NCBI GenBank assembly: GCA_031387185.1 | Contig: JANNCZ010000603.1 | Coordinates: 1-37,408, forward strand | Source of the DNA: Burkholderiales bacterium | GTDB taxonomy: Bacteria; Pseudomonadota; Gammaproteobacteria; Burkholderiales; JAEUOS01 | Reading direction: 5' to 3' | Length of the DNA stretch: 37,408 nt | Notes under the pieces: model-generated | What the model saw: the letters and a program-made list of their open reading frames with translations, nothing else | The model's database searches: none | What the model was told of the DNA's origin: nothing | Part shown: piece by piece, positions 26,891 through 35,392 of the stretch | How the letters are laid out: each line of letters starts with the position of its first letter | Numbering within the stretch: position 1 is the first letter of the stretch | Translations under genes and position numbers: made by a program

Positions 26891-27264
26891 TGGCGATATG
26901 GACAGATTTCTTTCAACCTGATGCGCGCGCCCTCCCCAGGCTACGCCAGCCTGCATCCAGATTGAATCGGACTGATGTCAACGATTATCAGATCGGCAAC
27001 TCACGTCATCGCGGCTCAAATAGCGAATTTGTTTGGGAACCCAATGGAATTTTCGCTTGCCCCGCAATCCTTCCCGCAGGGAGAATGCTGACGGGAACAA
27101 GCGACGGTCCGGTTCGTCTTGCATTCTCAAGCCCCCGCTTGCATAAAGCGTTGTTCCGCGCAGTTCAAACAGGTGATCGAGACATTGCGCGGCTTGATGG
27201 CGACGCCTGAACCGGCGCGCCGGCCGATCGGGTTCGTTTATCCCAAAGATAAGTGAAGCGGTGC

Positions 27265-27672
27265 TTAACCCGCAGCCGGCGTGATCAGTTTGAGAGCAGG
27301 GAAATAAGTGCGCACCCGCTTGGCGTCCCGCGTCAGCAGCGGCCAGCCGGCCTCTGCCGCGTGCGCACCAATGAAAAAATCGGGCAACGTCGCGGTACGT
27401 GCGCCGCCGGCGTCGCGATAGGCCTGATGGGCGCGCGCCGCCGCAAAGGCGGCGGCGGCAGGAATGGGTTCGAGCGCGATAGCGGTGCTGCGCAAGAAGG
27501 CATCCACCTTTGCCGCGCTCGCAAACGAGCGCGAGATTTCTGCATAGACGAGCACGTTGATCGCGAGGTCATCGGTGCTTGACGCGCGCACCAGCGCGCC
27601 CTCGCTCCAGGTGCGCCATTGCGGATGGTCTTCAATCAGGTCAATCAGAACGCTGCTGTCTACCAGAATCAT
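27265..27672 (-). CDS. vapC: type II toxin VapC (PIN-domain ribonuclease), module 2
   Basis: 135 aa with the N-terminus MILVDSSVLIDLIED. YAEI, DFFIGAHA and LLTRD fit the PIN acidic-residue pattern. It overlaps the antitoxin gene as ATGA. Confidence 0.9.
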   Translation of the reverse strand: MILVDSSVLIDLIEDHPQWRTWSEGALVRASSTDDLAINVLVYAEISRSFASAAKVDAFLRSTAIALEPIPAAAAFAAARAHQAYRDAGGARTATLPDFFIGAHAAEAGWPLLTRDAKRVRTYFPALKLITPAAG

Positions 27673-27917
27673 CGCAATGCGTCTTTGCCGCGGCTGGCAC
27701 GCAGGATCTGCTCGGTAGTGGCTCCGGCGATGCCCTTGCCGGCCCAGCGCGCAAAGCGGTTGGCGACCGGCTTGCGCGCGCCAGTCGCAGCCACAATTGC
27801 CACCCGGCCACCGGGCAGGGGCTCGTAATCCACTGCATCACCGGGCTGCACCCCCAGATGCTGGCGCATGGCTTTGGGCAGCGTGACCTGGCTCTTGACG
27901 GTAAGGGCGTAGCTCAT
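27669..27917 (-). CDS. vapB: type II antitoxin, AbrB/MazE/SpoVT-fold VapB, module 2
   Basis: 82 aa. MSYALTVKSQVTLPKAMRQHLGVQPGDAVDYEPLPGGRVAI matches the swapped-hairpin AbrB-type pattern. Confidence 0.85.
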   Translation of the reverse strand: MSYALTVKSQVTLPKAMRQHLGVQPGDAVDYEPLPGGRVAIVAATGARKPVANRFARWAGKGIAGATTEQILRASRGKDALR

Positions 27918-27933
27918 GGCGGTAACCGGTTAA

Positions 27934-27962
27934 AAAGTAATACCGAAATATAGCATTACTTT
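27934..27962. promoter_or_regulatory. candidate operator of vapBC module 2
   Basis: There is a perfect 8-bp inverted repeat, AAAGTAAT-n13-ATTACTTT, 17-45 nt upstream of the vapB start. The spacer contains minus-strand TATATT, a possible -10. An adjacent 10-bp palindrome TAACCGGTTA lies at 27923-27932. Confidence 0.45.
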
Positions 27963-27990
27963 ACTGCTCACCCTCCGGCGGATTCTCGAA

Positions 27991-28026
27991 TCAAACACGG
28001 GTCAAACGGGTGCGTTCGAATTCAAC
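27991..28026 (+). repeat. islet direct repeat, copy D (head only)
   Basis: The sequence is tcaaacacggg tcaaacggg tgcgttcgaattcaa. It keeps the same short tandem units plus the GCGTTCGAATT head as copies B and C. It ends 10 nt before the FAH-family stop codon. Confidence 0.65.
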
Positions 28027-28036
28027 CGTGACCAAA

Positions 28037-28558
28037 CTACGACGGCTTGCTGTACTTGCCAGTAAGCTGAGGTGTCAATCCAGTCAAGCCGCGCTGTGTG
28101 CGCTCCAGGCGGGTCTCGCGCGACCACGTCCGTTTTAGGTCGTCGCGAACGCCGATCACGAGTTTGCCGAGACCTTCACATTCGAGCTCCACTTTGTCGC
28201 CGTCCTGGAACGACGACAAACCGCGATGATTGGTGCCGGTGGCGAGAATATCGCCCGGTTCCAATTCGTGGATGGCGCTCATCCATTCGATGCAGCGCTT
28301 GATGTTGTGGGCCATGTCATCGGTGTTGAAGTTTTGCTTCAGGGTGCCGTTGACCCACAGCTTGACCTGCATTTTCTGCGGATCCTTGATCTCATCAGCC
28401 GTAACCAGAAACGGGCCGATGGTGGCGATGTCGGGCAATACCATGGTCTCGCCATGCCCGATGATGCAACCTGGCGCTTTGTGAAATGCGTTGATAGGGG
28501 CGGCTTCCTTGAGGGTGCCATCCTCCATCTTCTGCAACCGAACATTCCTTGGCTTCAA
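28037..28558 (-). pseudogene. fumarylacetoacetate hydrolase (FAH)-family gene remnant lacking the catalytic core
   Basis: The C-terminal half is a clear FAH fold (IGPFLVTADEIKDPQKMQVKLWVNGTLKQ...LEPGDILATGT). However, ...FHKAPGCIIGHGETMVLPD joins directly to IATIGPF, omitting the roughly 70 residues that normally carry the metal-binding E-x-E and D. The only start is a TTG, and an in-frame stop lies 17 codons upstream (28610-28612). Confidence 0.5.
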
Positions 28559-28782
28559 TCGCGCTCTCTGCGGATCAAAGAGTTTGGCGCTCTGGCGTTT
28601 GTCTGTCGATCACAATTTGAATCAAGCAACGATGGGGCAAGTTCGGAATTTCGTCGCCTGATAATCCATCGCCGCCTGGCCTTGCGGAGCGCGGCTTTAC
28701 TAAGCGGCCGCCAGTCAAGCAAGATAGGGCGCAAGGCGGTTAAATGCGCTGGTGCGAGAGGTTCCAGGCCGGTTGGTGCAAA

Positions 28783-29964
28783 TCAAACCCGCTCGATGAT
28801 GGTCGCATTTGCCATACCACCGGCCTCGCACATGGTCTGCAGGCCATAGCGTGCGCCGCTACGCTCCATTGCGCCCAGCATCGTCGTCATCAGGCGCGCG
28901 CCGGAAGCGCCGAGTGGATGGCCCAATGCAATCGCGCCACCGCAGGGATTGAGCTGCGCCGGGTCAACGTTGAACTCACGCTGCCACGCGAGGGGTACCG
29001 AGGCGAAGGCTTCGTTGACCTCAAAATGATCGATGGCGTCCTTCTTGATGCCGGACTTCTCCAGCACGCGCCGCGTCGCGGGGATCGGCGCGGTGAGCAT
29101 CAGCAGCGGGTCGTCGCCAATGACGTCAAAGCCCGCAAAGCGCGCGCGCGGTTTCAGGCCAAGCTTCACCGCCATGCGCTCGCTCATCAACAGCAAACCT
29201 GCTGCGCCGTCGGTGATTTGCGATGCATTGCCTGCGGTGACGCGCCAGTCGAGTTGCGGATAGCGCGCTTTCATCTCGTCCGACGCGAACGCCACCTTGA
29301 GTTGTGCGAGGCTGTCAGCGGTGGTGGCAGCGCGAATGGTTTCGTCTTCGGACACTACGCCATCGGGTGTGGTCACCGGGATGATCTCGCTTTTGAAATG
29401 TCCCGCCGCACGCGCTGCGGCAGCGCGCTGATGTGACTGGGCCGAGTAGGCGTCGAGCTCGTCGCGCGTCACCTGCCATTTGTGCGCCACCAATTCAGCC
29501 GACACACCCTGCCCGATCATGCCGGGCGCATAGCGCGCCAGCACGCCGGGGGAGAACGGGTTTTGCCCGATGCGCGCACTGCCCATCGGCACCCGGCTCA
29601 TCGACTCCACACCGCAGGCGATCACGATGTCATAGGCTCCGGCCATGATGCCTTGCGCGGCGAAATGCACGGCTTGCTGCGACGAGCCGCATTTGCGGTC
29701 AATTGTGGTCGAGGGTACGTGATCGGGATAGCCTGCGGAGAGCCATGCAAAGCGCCCGACGCCGGCCGATTGTTCGCCCGCCTGCGAGACGCAACCGGCG
29801 ATCACATCGTCCACTGTGCCGGGGTCGAGCTTGTTGCGCTCGATCAGCGCGCGCAGCACCGGTGCCAATAGGTCAGTGGCATGCAGACCGGAGAGCGCGC
29901 CGCCGGCTTTGCCGCGCGCCATCGGCGTGCGCACGGCGTCGATGATGAAAGCTTCTTGTGCCAT
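28783..29964 (-). CDS. acetyl-CoA C-acyltransferase (thiolase)
   Basis: 393 aa from ATG 29964 (MAQEAFIIDAVRTPMARGK). The active-site Cys is in DRKCGSSQQAV. NPCGGAIALGHPLGASGARL and the C-terminal CEAGGMANA are also present. Confidence 0.92.
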   Translation of the reverse strand: MAQEAFIIDAVRTPMARGKAGGALSGLHATDLLAPVLRALIERNKLDPGTVDDVIAGCVSQAGEQSAGVGRFAWLSAGYPDHVPSTTIDRKCGSSQQAVHFAAQGIMAGAYDIVIACGVESMSRVPMGSARIGQNPFSPGVLARYAPGMIGQGVSAELVAHKWQVTRDELDAYSAQSHQRAAAARAAGHFKSEIIPVTTPDGVVSEDETIRAATTADSLAQLKVAFASDEMKARYPQLDWRVTAGNASQITDGAAGLLLMSERMAVKLGLKPRARFAGFDVIGDDPLLMLTAPIPATRRVLEKSGIKKDAIDHFEVNEAFASVPLAWQREFNVDPAQLNPCGGAIALGHPLGASGARLMTTMLGAMERSGARYGLQTMCEAGGMANATIIERV

Positions 29965-30112
29965 GGTGCATCCTTGAGCAAATGGTGAGGCAGCGCGCAG
30001 GCTGTAAACAGGCTGCGTGCGAGCGGAAGAGCTGCGAGGATAAACTATTGAACTCCGCTGGCGCCTGTGCATAGGCGCATCGTTGCGGGTTAAAAATAAT
30101 TCAGGAGACGCC

Positions 30113-31687
30113 TTGCACCCCGCTCATTTCGCCCGCATCCAGCCGGACAAGCCCGCCTTCATCATGGCCGGCAGCGGCGTCAGCGTCAGTTATCGCGAAC
30201 TCGAAGAGCGCTCCAACCAGGTCGCGCACCTGCTGCGCAAGCTTGGCCTCAAGGCGGGTGATCACATCGCCATCCTCCTGGAAAACCATCCACGCTTTTA
30301 CGAGATTTGTTTCGGTGCGCATCGCGCCGGCATCATCTACACGGCGATGAGCACGCGCCTCACGGTGAGTGAAGCGGCTTACATCGTCGAGAACTGCGAA
30401 GCCCGTGTGCTGATTGCCTCGCACGCCATGCGCGGCCTTGCGCAAGAGTTGCTGCCACACACCGCTGCACTCAAGGCGCGCCTGATGCTCGACGGCGTGC
30501 CGCCCGAGTGCGCGGTGGGCGCCGCAGGCTACACAGCCTTCGAGGCTGCCATCGCGGGCTGCCCCATCACCCCCATCAGCGACGAGACCGCCGGCGGCGA
30601 CATGCTCTATTCCTCCGGCACCACGGGCCGCCCCAAGGGGGTGTTCGTGCCGCCGGAGTTTCCCGAAATTGACGCGCCCGGCCCGCTCATCAACATCTGC
30701 GCCAAGCTTTACGGCATGGACGCGCAATCGGTCTATCTCTCGCCCGCGCCGCTGTATCACGCCGCACCCCTGCGTTTCTCGATGACGGCGATGCGCCTCG
30801 GCGGCACCTGCGTCGTGATGGAGCATTTCGATGCCGAAGATTTTTTGCGCCAGACCCAACGCCACAAGGTCACGCACACGCAACTGGTGCCGACCATGTT
30901 TGTGCGCATGTTGAAGTTGCCGCCTGAAGCGCGTGCACAATACAACGTGTCCTCACTCAAGATCGCGATCCACGCTGCCGCTCCGTGTCCGATCCCGGTC
31001 AAGCAGCAGATGATTGAATGGTGGGGGCCGGTGCTGTGGGAGTACTACGCCGGCACCGAGGGCAACGGCATGACGATGGTCAACTCGCAAGACTGGCTCA
31101 CGCACCCCGGCACGGTGGGCCGCGCGGTGATCGGCCAGTTGCGCATCTGCGATGACGCTGGCGTGCCGGTGGCGAACGGCACCCCCGGCACCATCTACTT
31201 CGCCGAAGGCCGCGCCTACAGTTACCACAACGACCCGGAGAAAACCGCCAGCAGCCGCAATGCGCAAGGCTGGACCACGCTCGGTGATGTCGGTTACGCC
31301 GATGACGAAGGCTATCTCTACCTTACCGACCGCAAAGCCCACATGATTATCTCGGGCGGCGTCAACATCTACCCGCAAGAAGCCGAGAACCTGCTCATCA
31401 CCCACCCCAAGGTGCTCGACTGCGCGGTGATCGGCGTGCCCAACGAAGACTTCGGCGAAGAAGTCAAAGCCGTGGTGCAGCCGCGCGACATGCGCGATGT
31501 GGCCGGGCCGCTCGCGAAGGAACTCGAAGCCGAGTTGATCGCGTTTTGCCGCGACAGTTTGTCGCCGGTCAAATGCCCGCGCTCGATCGACTTTGAAGCC
31601 GAACTGCCGCGCCATCCAACCGGCAAACTGTACAAGCGTTTGCTGCGCGACCGCTACTGGGCGGGGCGCGCGAGCAAGATTATTTGA
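30113..31687 (+). CDS. AMP-dependent acyl-CoA synthetase/ligase
   Basis: It has the AMP-binding motif YSSGTTGRPKGV, plus YAGTEG, GDVGY.DDEGYLYLTDRK and PTGKLYKR. The start is taken at TTG 30113 (AGGAG 5 nt upstream); the ORF-track start is 30083. Confidence 0.9.
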   Translation: MHPAHFARIQPDKPAFIMAGSGVSVSYRELEERSNQVAHLLRKLGLKAGDHIAILLENHPRFYEICFGAHRAGIIYTAMSTRLTVSEAAYIVENCEARVLIASHAMRGLAQELLPHTAALKARLMLDGVPPECAVGAAGYTAFEAAIAGCPITPISDETAGGDMLYSSGTTGRPKGVFVPPEFPEIDAPGPLINICAKLYGMDAQSVYLSPAPLYHAAPLRFSMTAMRLGGTCVVMEHFDAEDFLRQTQRHKVTHTQLVPTMFVRMLKLPPEARAQYNVSSLKIAIHAAAPCPIPVKQQMIEWWGPVLWEYYAGTEGNGMTMVNSQDWLTHPGTVGRAVIGQLRICDDAGVPVANGTPGTIYFAEGRAYSYHNDPEKTASSRNAQGWTTLGDVGYADDEGYLYLTDRKAHMIISGGVNIYPQEAENLLITHPKVLDCAVIGVPNEDFGEEVKAVVQPRDMRDVAGPLAKELEAELIAFCRDSLSPVKCPRSIDFEAELPRHPTGKLYKRLLRDRYWAGRASKII

Positions 31688-31764
31688 AGACACCAACCGT
31701 TCCAGCACTTGCCCTGACCAATTCCACCTCTGCGCGACGTCGCGCTCCCCCCACAAGGCACACC

Positions 31765-32730
31765 ATGAAAACCGCAGTCACCGAAATGCTCGGCATCCGC
31801 TTTCCCATCATCCAGGGCGGCATGCAATGGGTCGGCTTCGCCGAGCTGGCCTCGGCCGTCTCCAACGCGGGCGGCCTCGGCATTCTCACCGCGCTCACGC
31901 AGCCGACTCCAGAAGATCTCGCCAAGGAAATTGCGCGCTGCCGCACCATGACTGACAAGCCCTTTGGCGTCAACCTCACCATCCTGCCGTCGATCAAGCC
32001 GCCGCCCTACGCCGAGTACATCAAGGTCATCATCGACAGTGGTATCAAGATCGTCGAGACCGCCGGCAACAACCCGCGCGATGTCGTGCCCACTTTCAAG
32101 CAGCACGGCATCAAGGTGCTGCACAAATGCACCTCAGTGCGCCACGCCCTCTCGGCCGAGCGCCATGGCGTCGACATCATCTCGATTGACGGCTTCGAAT
32201 GCGCCGGCCATCCCGGTGAAGACGATGTCACCAACCTGATCCTGATTCCCGCCGCCGTGCGCGCGGTGAAGATTCCGGTAGTGGCTTCAGGCGGCATCGC
32301 CGACGGCTATCAAATGGCAGCGTGTTTCGCGATGGGGGCGCAAGGCATCAACATGGGCACGCGCTTCGTCTGCACCCAGGAAGCGCCGGTGCACGACAAC
32401 GTCAAGCAGGCACTGGTCAAGGCGACCGAGCGCGATACCAACCTGATTTTTCGCACCATGCACAACACCTCACGCGTGTTCAAAAACGCCGTATCGGACG
32501 AAGTGGTCGCGATGGAAAAAAAGGGCGCAGCGTTTGAAGAAGTGCGCCATCTCGTCGCCGGCGGGCGCGGCAAAGACGCGATGAAGACGGGCGAGGTCGA
32601 TGCTGGCATCGTCAGCGCCGGCATGGTGGTGGGGTTGATTAACGACGTGCCGACCTGCGCCGAGTTGATCGAGCGCATGGTGCGTGAGTGCCGCGAGAGT
32701 TTGGCGGCGGCGAGCAAACTGGCGGCCTGA
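31765..32730 (+). CDS. nitronate monooxygenase (NMO/2-nitropropane dioxygenase-like FMN enzyme)
   Basis: 321 aa from ATG 31765. The N-terminus is MLGIRFPIIQGGMQWVG, and the TIM-barrel FMN pattern includes IISIDGFECAGHPG and VVASGGIADG...GINMGTRF. Confidence 0.88.
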   Translation: MKTAVTEMLGIRFPIIQGGMQWVGFAELASAVSNAGGLGILTALTQPTPEDLAKEIARCRTMTDKPFGVNLTILPSIKPPPYAEYIKVIIDSGIKIVETAGNNPRDVVPTFKQHGIKVLHKCTSVRHALSAERHGVDIISIDGFECAGHPGEDDVTNLILIPAAVRAVKIPVVASGGIADGYQMAACFAMGAQGINMGTRFVCTQEAPVHDNVKQALVKATERDTNLIFRTMHNTSRVFKNAVSDEVVAMEKKGAAFEEVRHLVAGGRGKDAMKTGEVDAGIVSAGMVVGLINDVPTCAELIERMVRECRESLAAASKLAA

Positions 32731-32740
32731 GCCGCAACAA

Positions 32741-33136
32741 CTACGGCAGGCGCACCGCCGGACTGGCACCGGCGCGTAGCGCGCGCTTGATGAATTGCCG
32801 GTCAAACGTGACCACTTCGTTGGCCTCGACGCTGAACGCGAGAATGCAGGCGTCCTTGAATGGCACCCCTTGCCGCGCCAGCCCGATCGCCGCCTCAAAC
32901 TGCGCACGATCTTGCACTTGCACAGCCGGGAGCACGCACAAGGCTTCAAGCGCATCACAGGCGTCCAGTTCACTGACGCCAAGCACGCTGCCGGTGAGCG
33001 TGAAGAACACTTCGAATACGGCAGGGCTGGAGATGAAGACGCCGCCTTTTGCAAACAGTGCTTTGGCGGCCTCGAACTGGGCGGCGGGTTGGCCGGTGAG
33101 AAAACGCAAAACGATGTTGGTATCGACCGAGATCAC
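32741..33136 (-). CDS. vapC: type II toxin VapC (PIN-domain), module 3
   Basis: Translation starts at GTG 33136 (VISVDTNIVLRFLTG...). The GTG overlaps the antitoxin stop as GTGA. It has a PIN-like acidic pattern (D, E, D near the C-terminus: VVTFDRQF). The stop lies only 10 nt after the convergent NMO stop. Confidence 0.85.
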   Translation of the reverse strand: MISVDTNIVLRFLTGQPAAQFEAAKALFAKGGVFISSPAVFEVFFTLTGSVLGVSELDACDALEALCVLPAVQVQDRAQFEAAIGLARQGVPFKDACILAFSVEANEVVTFDRQFIKRALRAGASPAVRLP

Positions 33137-33384
33137 CGCAGCTTGCCCCACGCAGCCGCTGCCGAACGTTCCGCAGCACGCCAATCAATGCGCCGGCCCT
33201 TGAACTTTGGCGCGAGCATGCCCGCCGCACTGGGGATGACCGCCGGCTCATCTTTCCTGGCCGCGCGCATCACTGCCTCGCTGCCGCGTACTTCCCATTT
33301 CACGCGCGCTCCGGGCTTCAGGCGCAAAGCAGTCCACACCGCATCGGGGACTTCAACCAACGATTTGGGCAGTACGGCAGACAT
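33133..33384 (-). CDS. vapB: type II antitoxin, AbrB/SpoVT-like VapB, module 3
   Basis: 83 aa. The segment VEVPDAVWTALRLKPGARVKWEVRGSEAVM is AbrB-like. An AGGGGG RBS lies 7 nt upstream. It is paired with the PIN gene. Confidence 0.8.
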   Translation of the reverse strand: MSAVLPKSLVEVPDAVWTALRLKPGARVKWEVRGSEAVMRAARKDEPAVIPSAAGMLAPKFKGRRIDWRAAERSAAAAWGKLR

Positions 33385-33625
33385 GGGAATACCCCCTGAG
33401 TGAGCGAACGGAAAACATTGTAATGCGCGCTGTATCGCCCCTGGAGCAGGATCATCGTGGATATCTCTCGTCCAGGAACACCGACGCCAAGGGCTGACGC
33501 CGGCCCTTGTTCCGAGGCAGCCATCCAGCTTGTGGGCCGGACTCCGAGATGCCGTTGACGCACGCGTTCAAACGCAGGACAGCGGGAATAAACTCCGTAC
33601 ATGGCCCCGCCTTTCTGGAGGTTAA

Positions 33626-33943
33626 ATGAGTCCCGTTGATGGCGCACCTCGCCCCGAACAAACCTTCTTCCCGGACCCCGCAATCGACCGTGTGCTCGGC
33701 GTGGTGATGGCGCTGGCGACGGAGGTGTATGTGCTGCGTGACCGCACGCGTGCGCTCGAAGCACAACTTGCCGCGCGAGGTCAGGTGGATTGCGCCGCGC
33801 TTGACGCGGAGCCGGATGCACAAGCCCTTGCCGCTGCGCGTGCCGATCGCGACGCTTTCATCCAGCATCTGATGCAGCCCTTGATGGGGCAGCAGGTGAG
33901 CCGGGGTGGGCTGCAAGGTGCTCTGAAGGGCGCTGTTTCTTGA
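33626..33943 (+). CDS. hypothetical 105-aa protein (unknown family)
   Basis: A GGAGG RBS lies upstream (ctGGAGGttaaATG). The sequence is helical-looking and Ala/Arg/Asp-rich (VLGVVMALATEVYVLRDRTRALEAQLAARG). Its stop overlaps the TTG start of the downstream methyltransferase. Confidence 0.55.
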   Translation: MSPVDGAPRPEQTFFPDPAIDRVLGVVMALATEVYVLRDRTRALEAQLAARGQVDCAALDAEPDAQALAAARADRDAFIQHLMQPLMGQQVSRGGLQGALKGAVS

Positions 33944-35193
33944 GCGGCGCTGCACCTGCGTCCGAGGCGGCCAGCGACCGCGCTTTCGCTGCCGCGCAGG
34001 AATTTTTGCTTGGCACCAAGACGTTTTGGACGACGCGCATGTTCCCCGCGTTGCGTGCTGAGTACGAGGCGCGCAACGCATCCGCCGTAGCCCCTATGGC
34101 ACCGGTCGCGTCCGGCGCAGCCGCCGGTGCGCTCGACGCCGGCAATGCCGCGACCGGAACCAGTCCGGTTCCGTCAGTTGAATCTGTTGCCGCAGCCCTG
34201 AATGATTCGACTCTCTATCAAAGCTTCGCGTGGCTTGAGCGCCATCTGCAGCGCATGAAGTATTCGGGCCGCTACGGCTTGGTCAATTGGCATGCGCGCG
34301 ACCGCGCCATGCTGGAGGCATCGCTCGTTGGTGCCCCAGCCGTGCTCGACCCGTCACTCGAATTACCGCGCTATTACGTCAGCGTCGATATTCATCAGCA
34401 CCCCGGCGGTGTGTCGGGTGATCCACTGGCTGGCGCGGTGTATGAGCGCGGCGCGCGCTCCACCACGCCGCTCGCCGGGCAGCACCATGCTGATTTGCAT
34501 GAGCGCTTTACGCAGCAGGTCGCCGCTCTGTTTGCGCGGGCGGAGGTGGGCGACGCGGGAGACGCGCGCGCAAAACCTGCAAAAGGCGCGTCCCCTGATC
34601 CTGGACCAGTGCCACCAAGCACACCGCAAACCGTGCTCGACATGGGCTGCGGTTTCGGCAAAAGCACGCTGCCGTTTGCCCGCGCGTTTGGCGCGGCACG
34701 CATCGAGGCGGTTGATCTTTCCGCACCCTGCCTGCGCCTGGCGGCAAAGACGCAGCGCGACGCACAGCTCACCAACGTGCGCTATGCGCAGGCCAACGCA
34801 GCGGCCACACCATTTGGCGTGGCCGCATTCGACCTCGTCACCTCGACCATGCTGCTGCACGAACTACCGCCGCCGGTGGTCAAGGACGTATTGCGTGAGG
34901 CTGCGCGCGTGCTCAAGCCCGGCGGCTGGATGGCGCACCTGGATTTTTTGCCGCAGGTGCAGCCGGGTGCCGATGCGTTCAGCCAGTTCATTCACTACGG
35001 CCATGGCCGCCGCAATAACGAGCCGTTCATGGAACCACTCGCGAACATGGATCTCGATGCGCTGCTGGCTGAACTCGGTTTCATCGATGTGGCCATTGAG
35101 CCATTTGAAGAAGCGCCAGGCGCGCTGGATGCGGCGAATCGCCATTGGCGCTTTCCGTGGACGGTGATTCGCGCGCGCAAGGCGGGCGGATGA
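33940..35193 (+). CDS. class I SAM-dependent methyltransferase with roughly 210-aa N-terminal extension
   Basis: The SAM-binding motif I is VLDMGCGFGKST, with the acidic loop at EAVDLS. Post-motifs FDLVTSTMLLHELP and LKPGGWM follow. The N-terminal region (YYVSVDIHQHPGGVSGDPLAGAVYERG) is not assignable by eye. Confidence 0.8.
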   Translation: MSGAAPASEAASDRAFAAAQEFLLGTKTFWTTRMFPALRAEYEARNASAVAPMAPVASGAAAGALDAGNAATGTSPVPSVESVAAALNDSTLYQSFAWLERHLQRMKYSGRYGLVNWHARDRAMLEASLVGAPAVLDPSLELPRYYVSVDIHQHPGGVSGDPLAGAVYERGARSTTPLAGQHHADLHERFTQQVAALFARAEVGDAGDARAKPAKGASPDPGPVPPSTPQTVLDMGCGFGKSTLPFARAFGAARIEAVDLSAPCLRLAAKTQRDAQLTNVRYAQANAAATPFGVAAFDLVTSTMLLHELPPPVVKDVLREAARVLKPGGWMAHLDFLPQVQPGADAFSQFIHYGHGRRNNEPFMEPLANMDLDALLAELGFIDVAIEPFEEAPGALDAANRHWRFPWTVIRARKAGG

Positions 35194-35392
35194 GTGGCAG
35201 CAGTTCTACTTCACTCACACCCACCCACGCCGTGGCACCAACCCGGCCTCAAGGTAGACTAAATCATCCAAACGATACGGCCAGAACCGTTGGTAGAAGC
35301 CGGTCTTCAAGGCCATAGTCGATAAGAAGCGCTCTGGGAGCGCCTCTTCGGGTCACCGCTCGGCCGCGACGCCATTCCAGACGCCGCCAATA

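Noticed and set aside
26890-27210. 106-aa plus-strand ORF in the islet spacer.
   Set aside because: It has a TTG start without an RBS and no recognisable domain. Its orientation is opposite to every other islet gene, and it begins inside repeat copy C.
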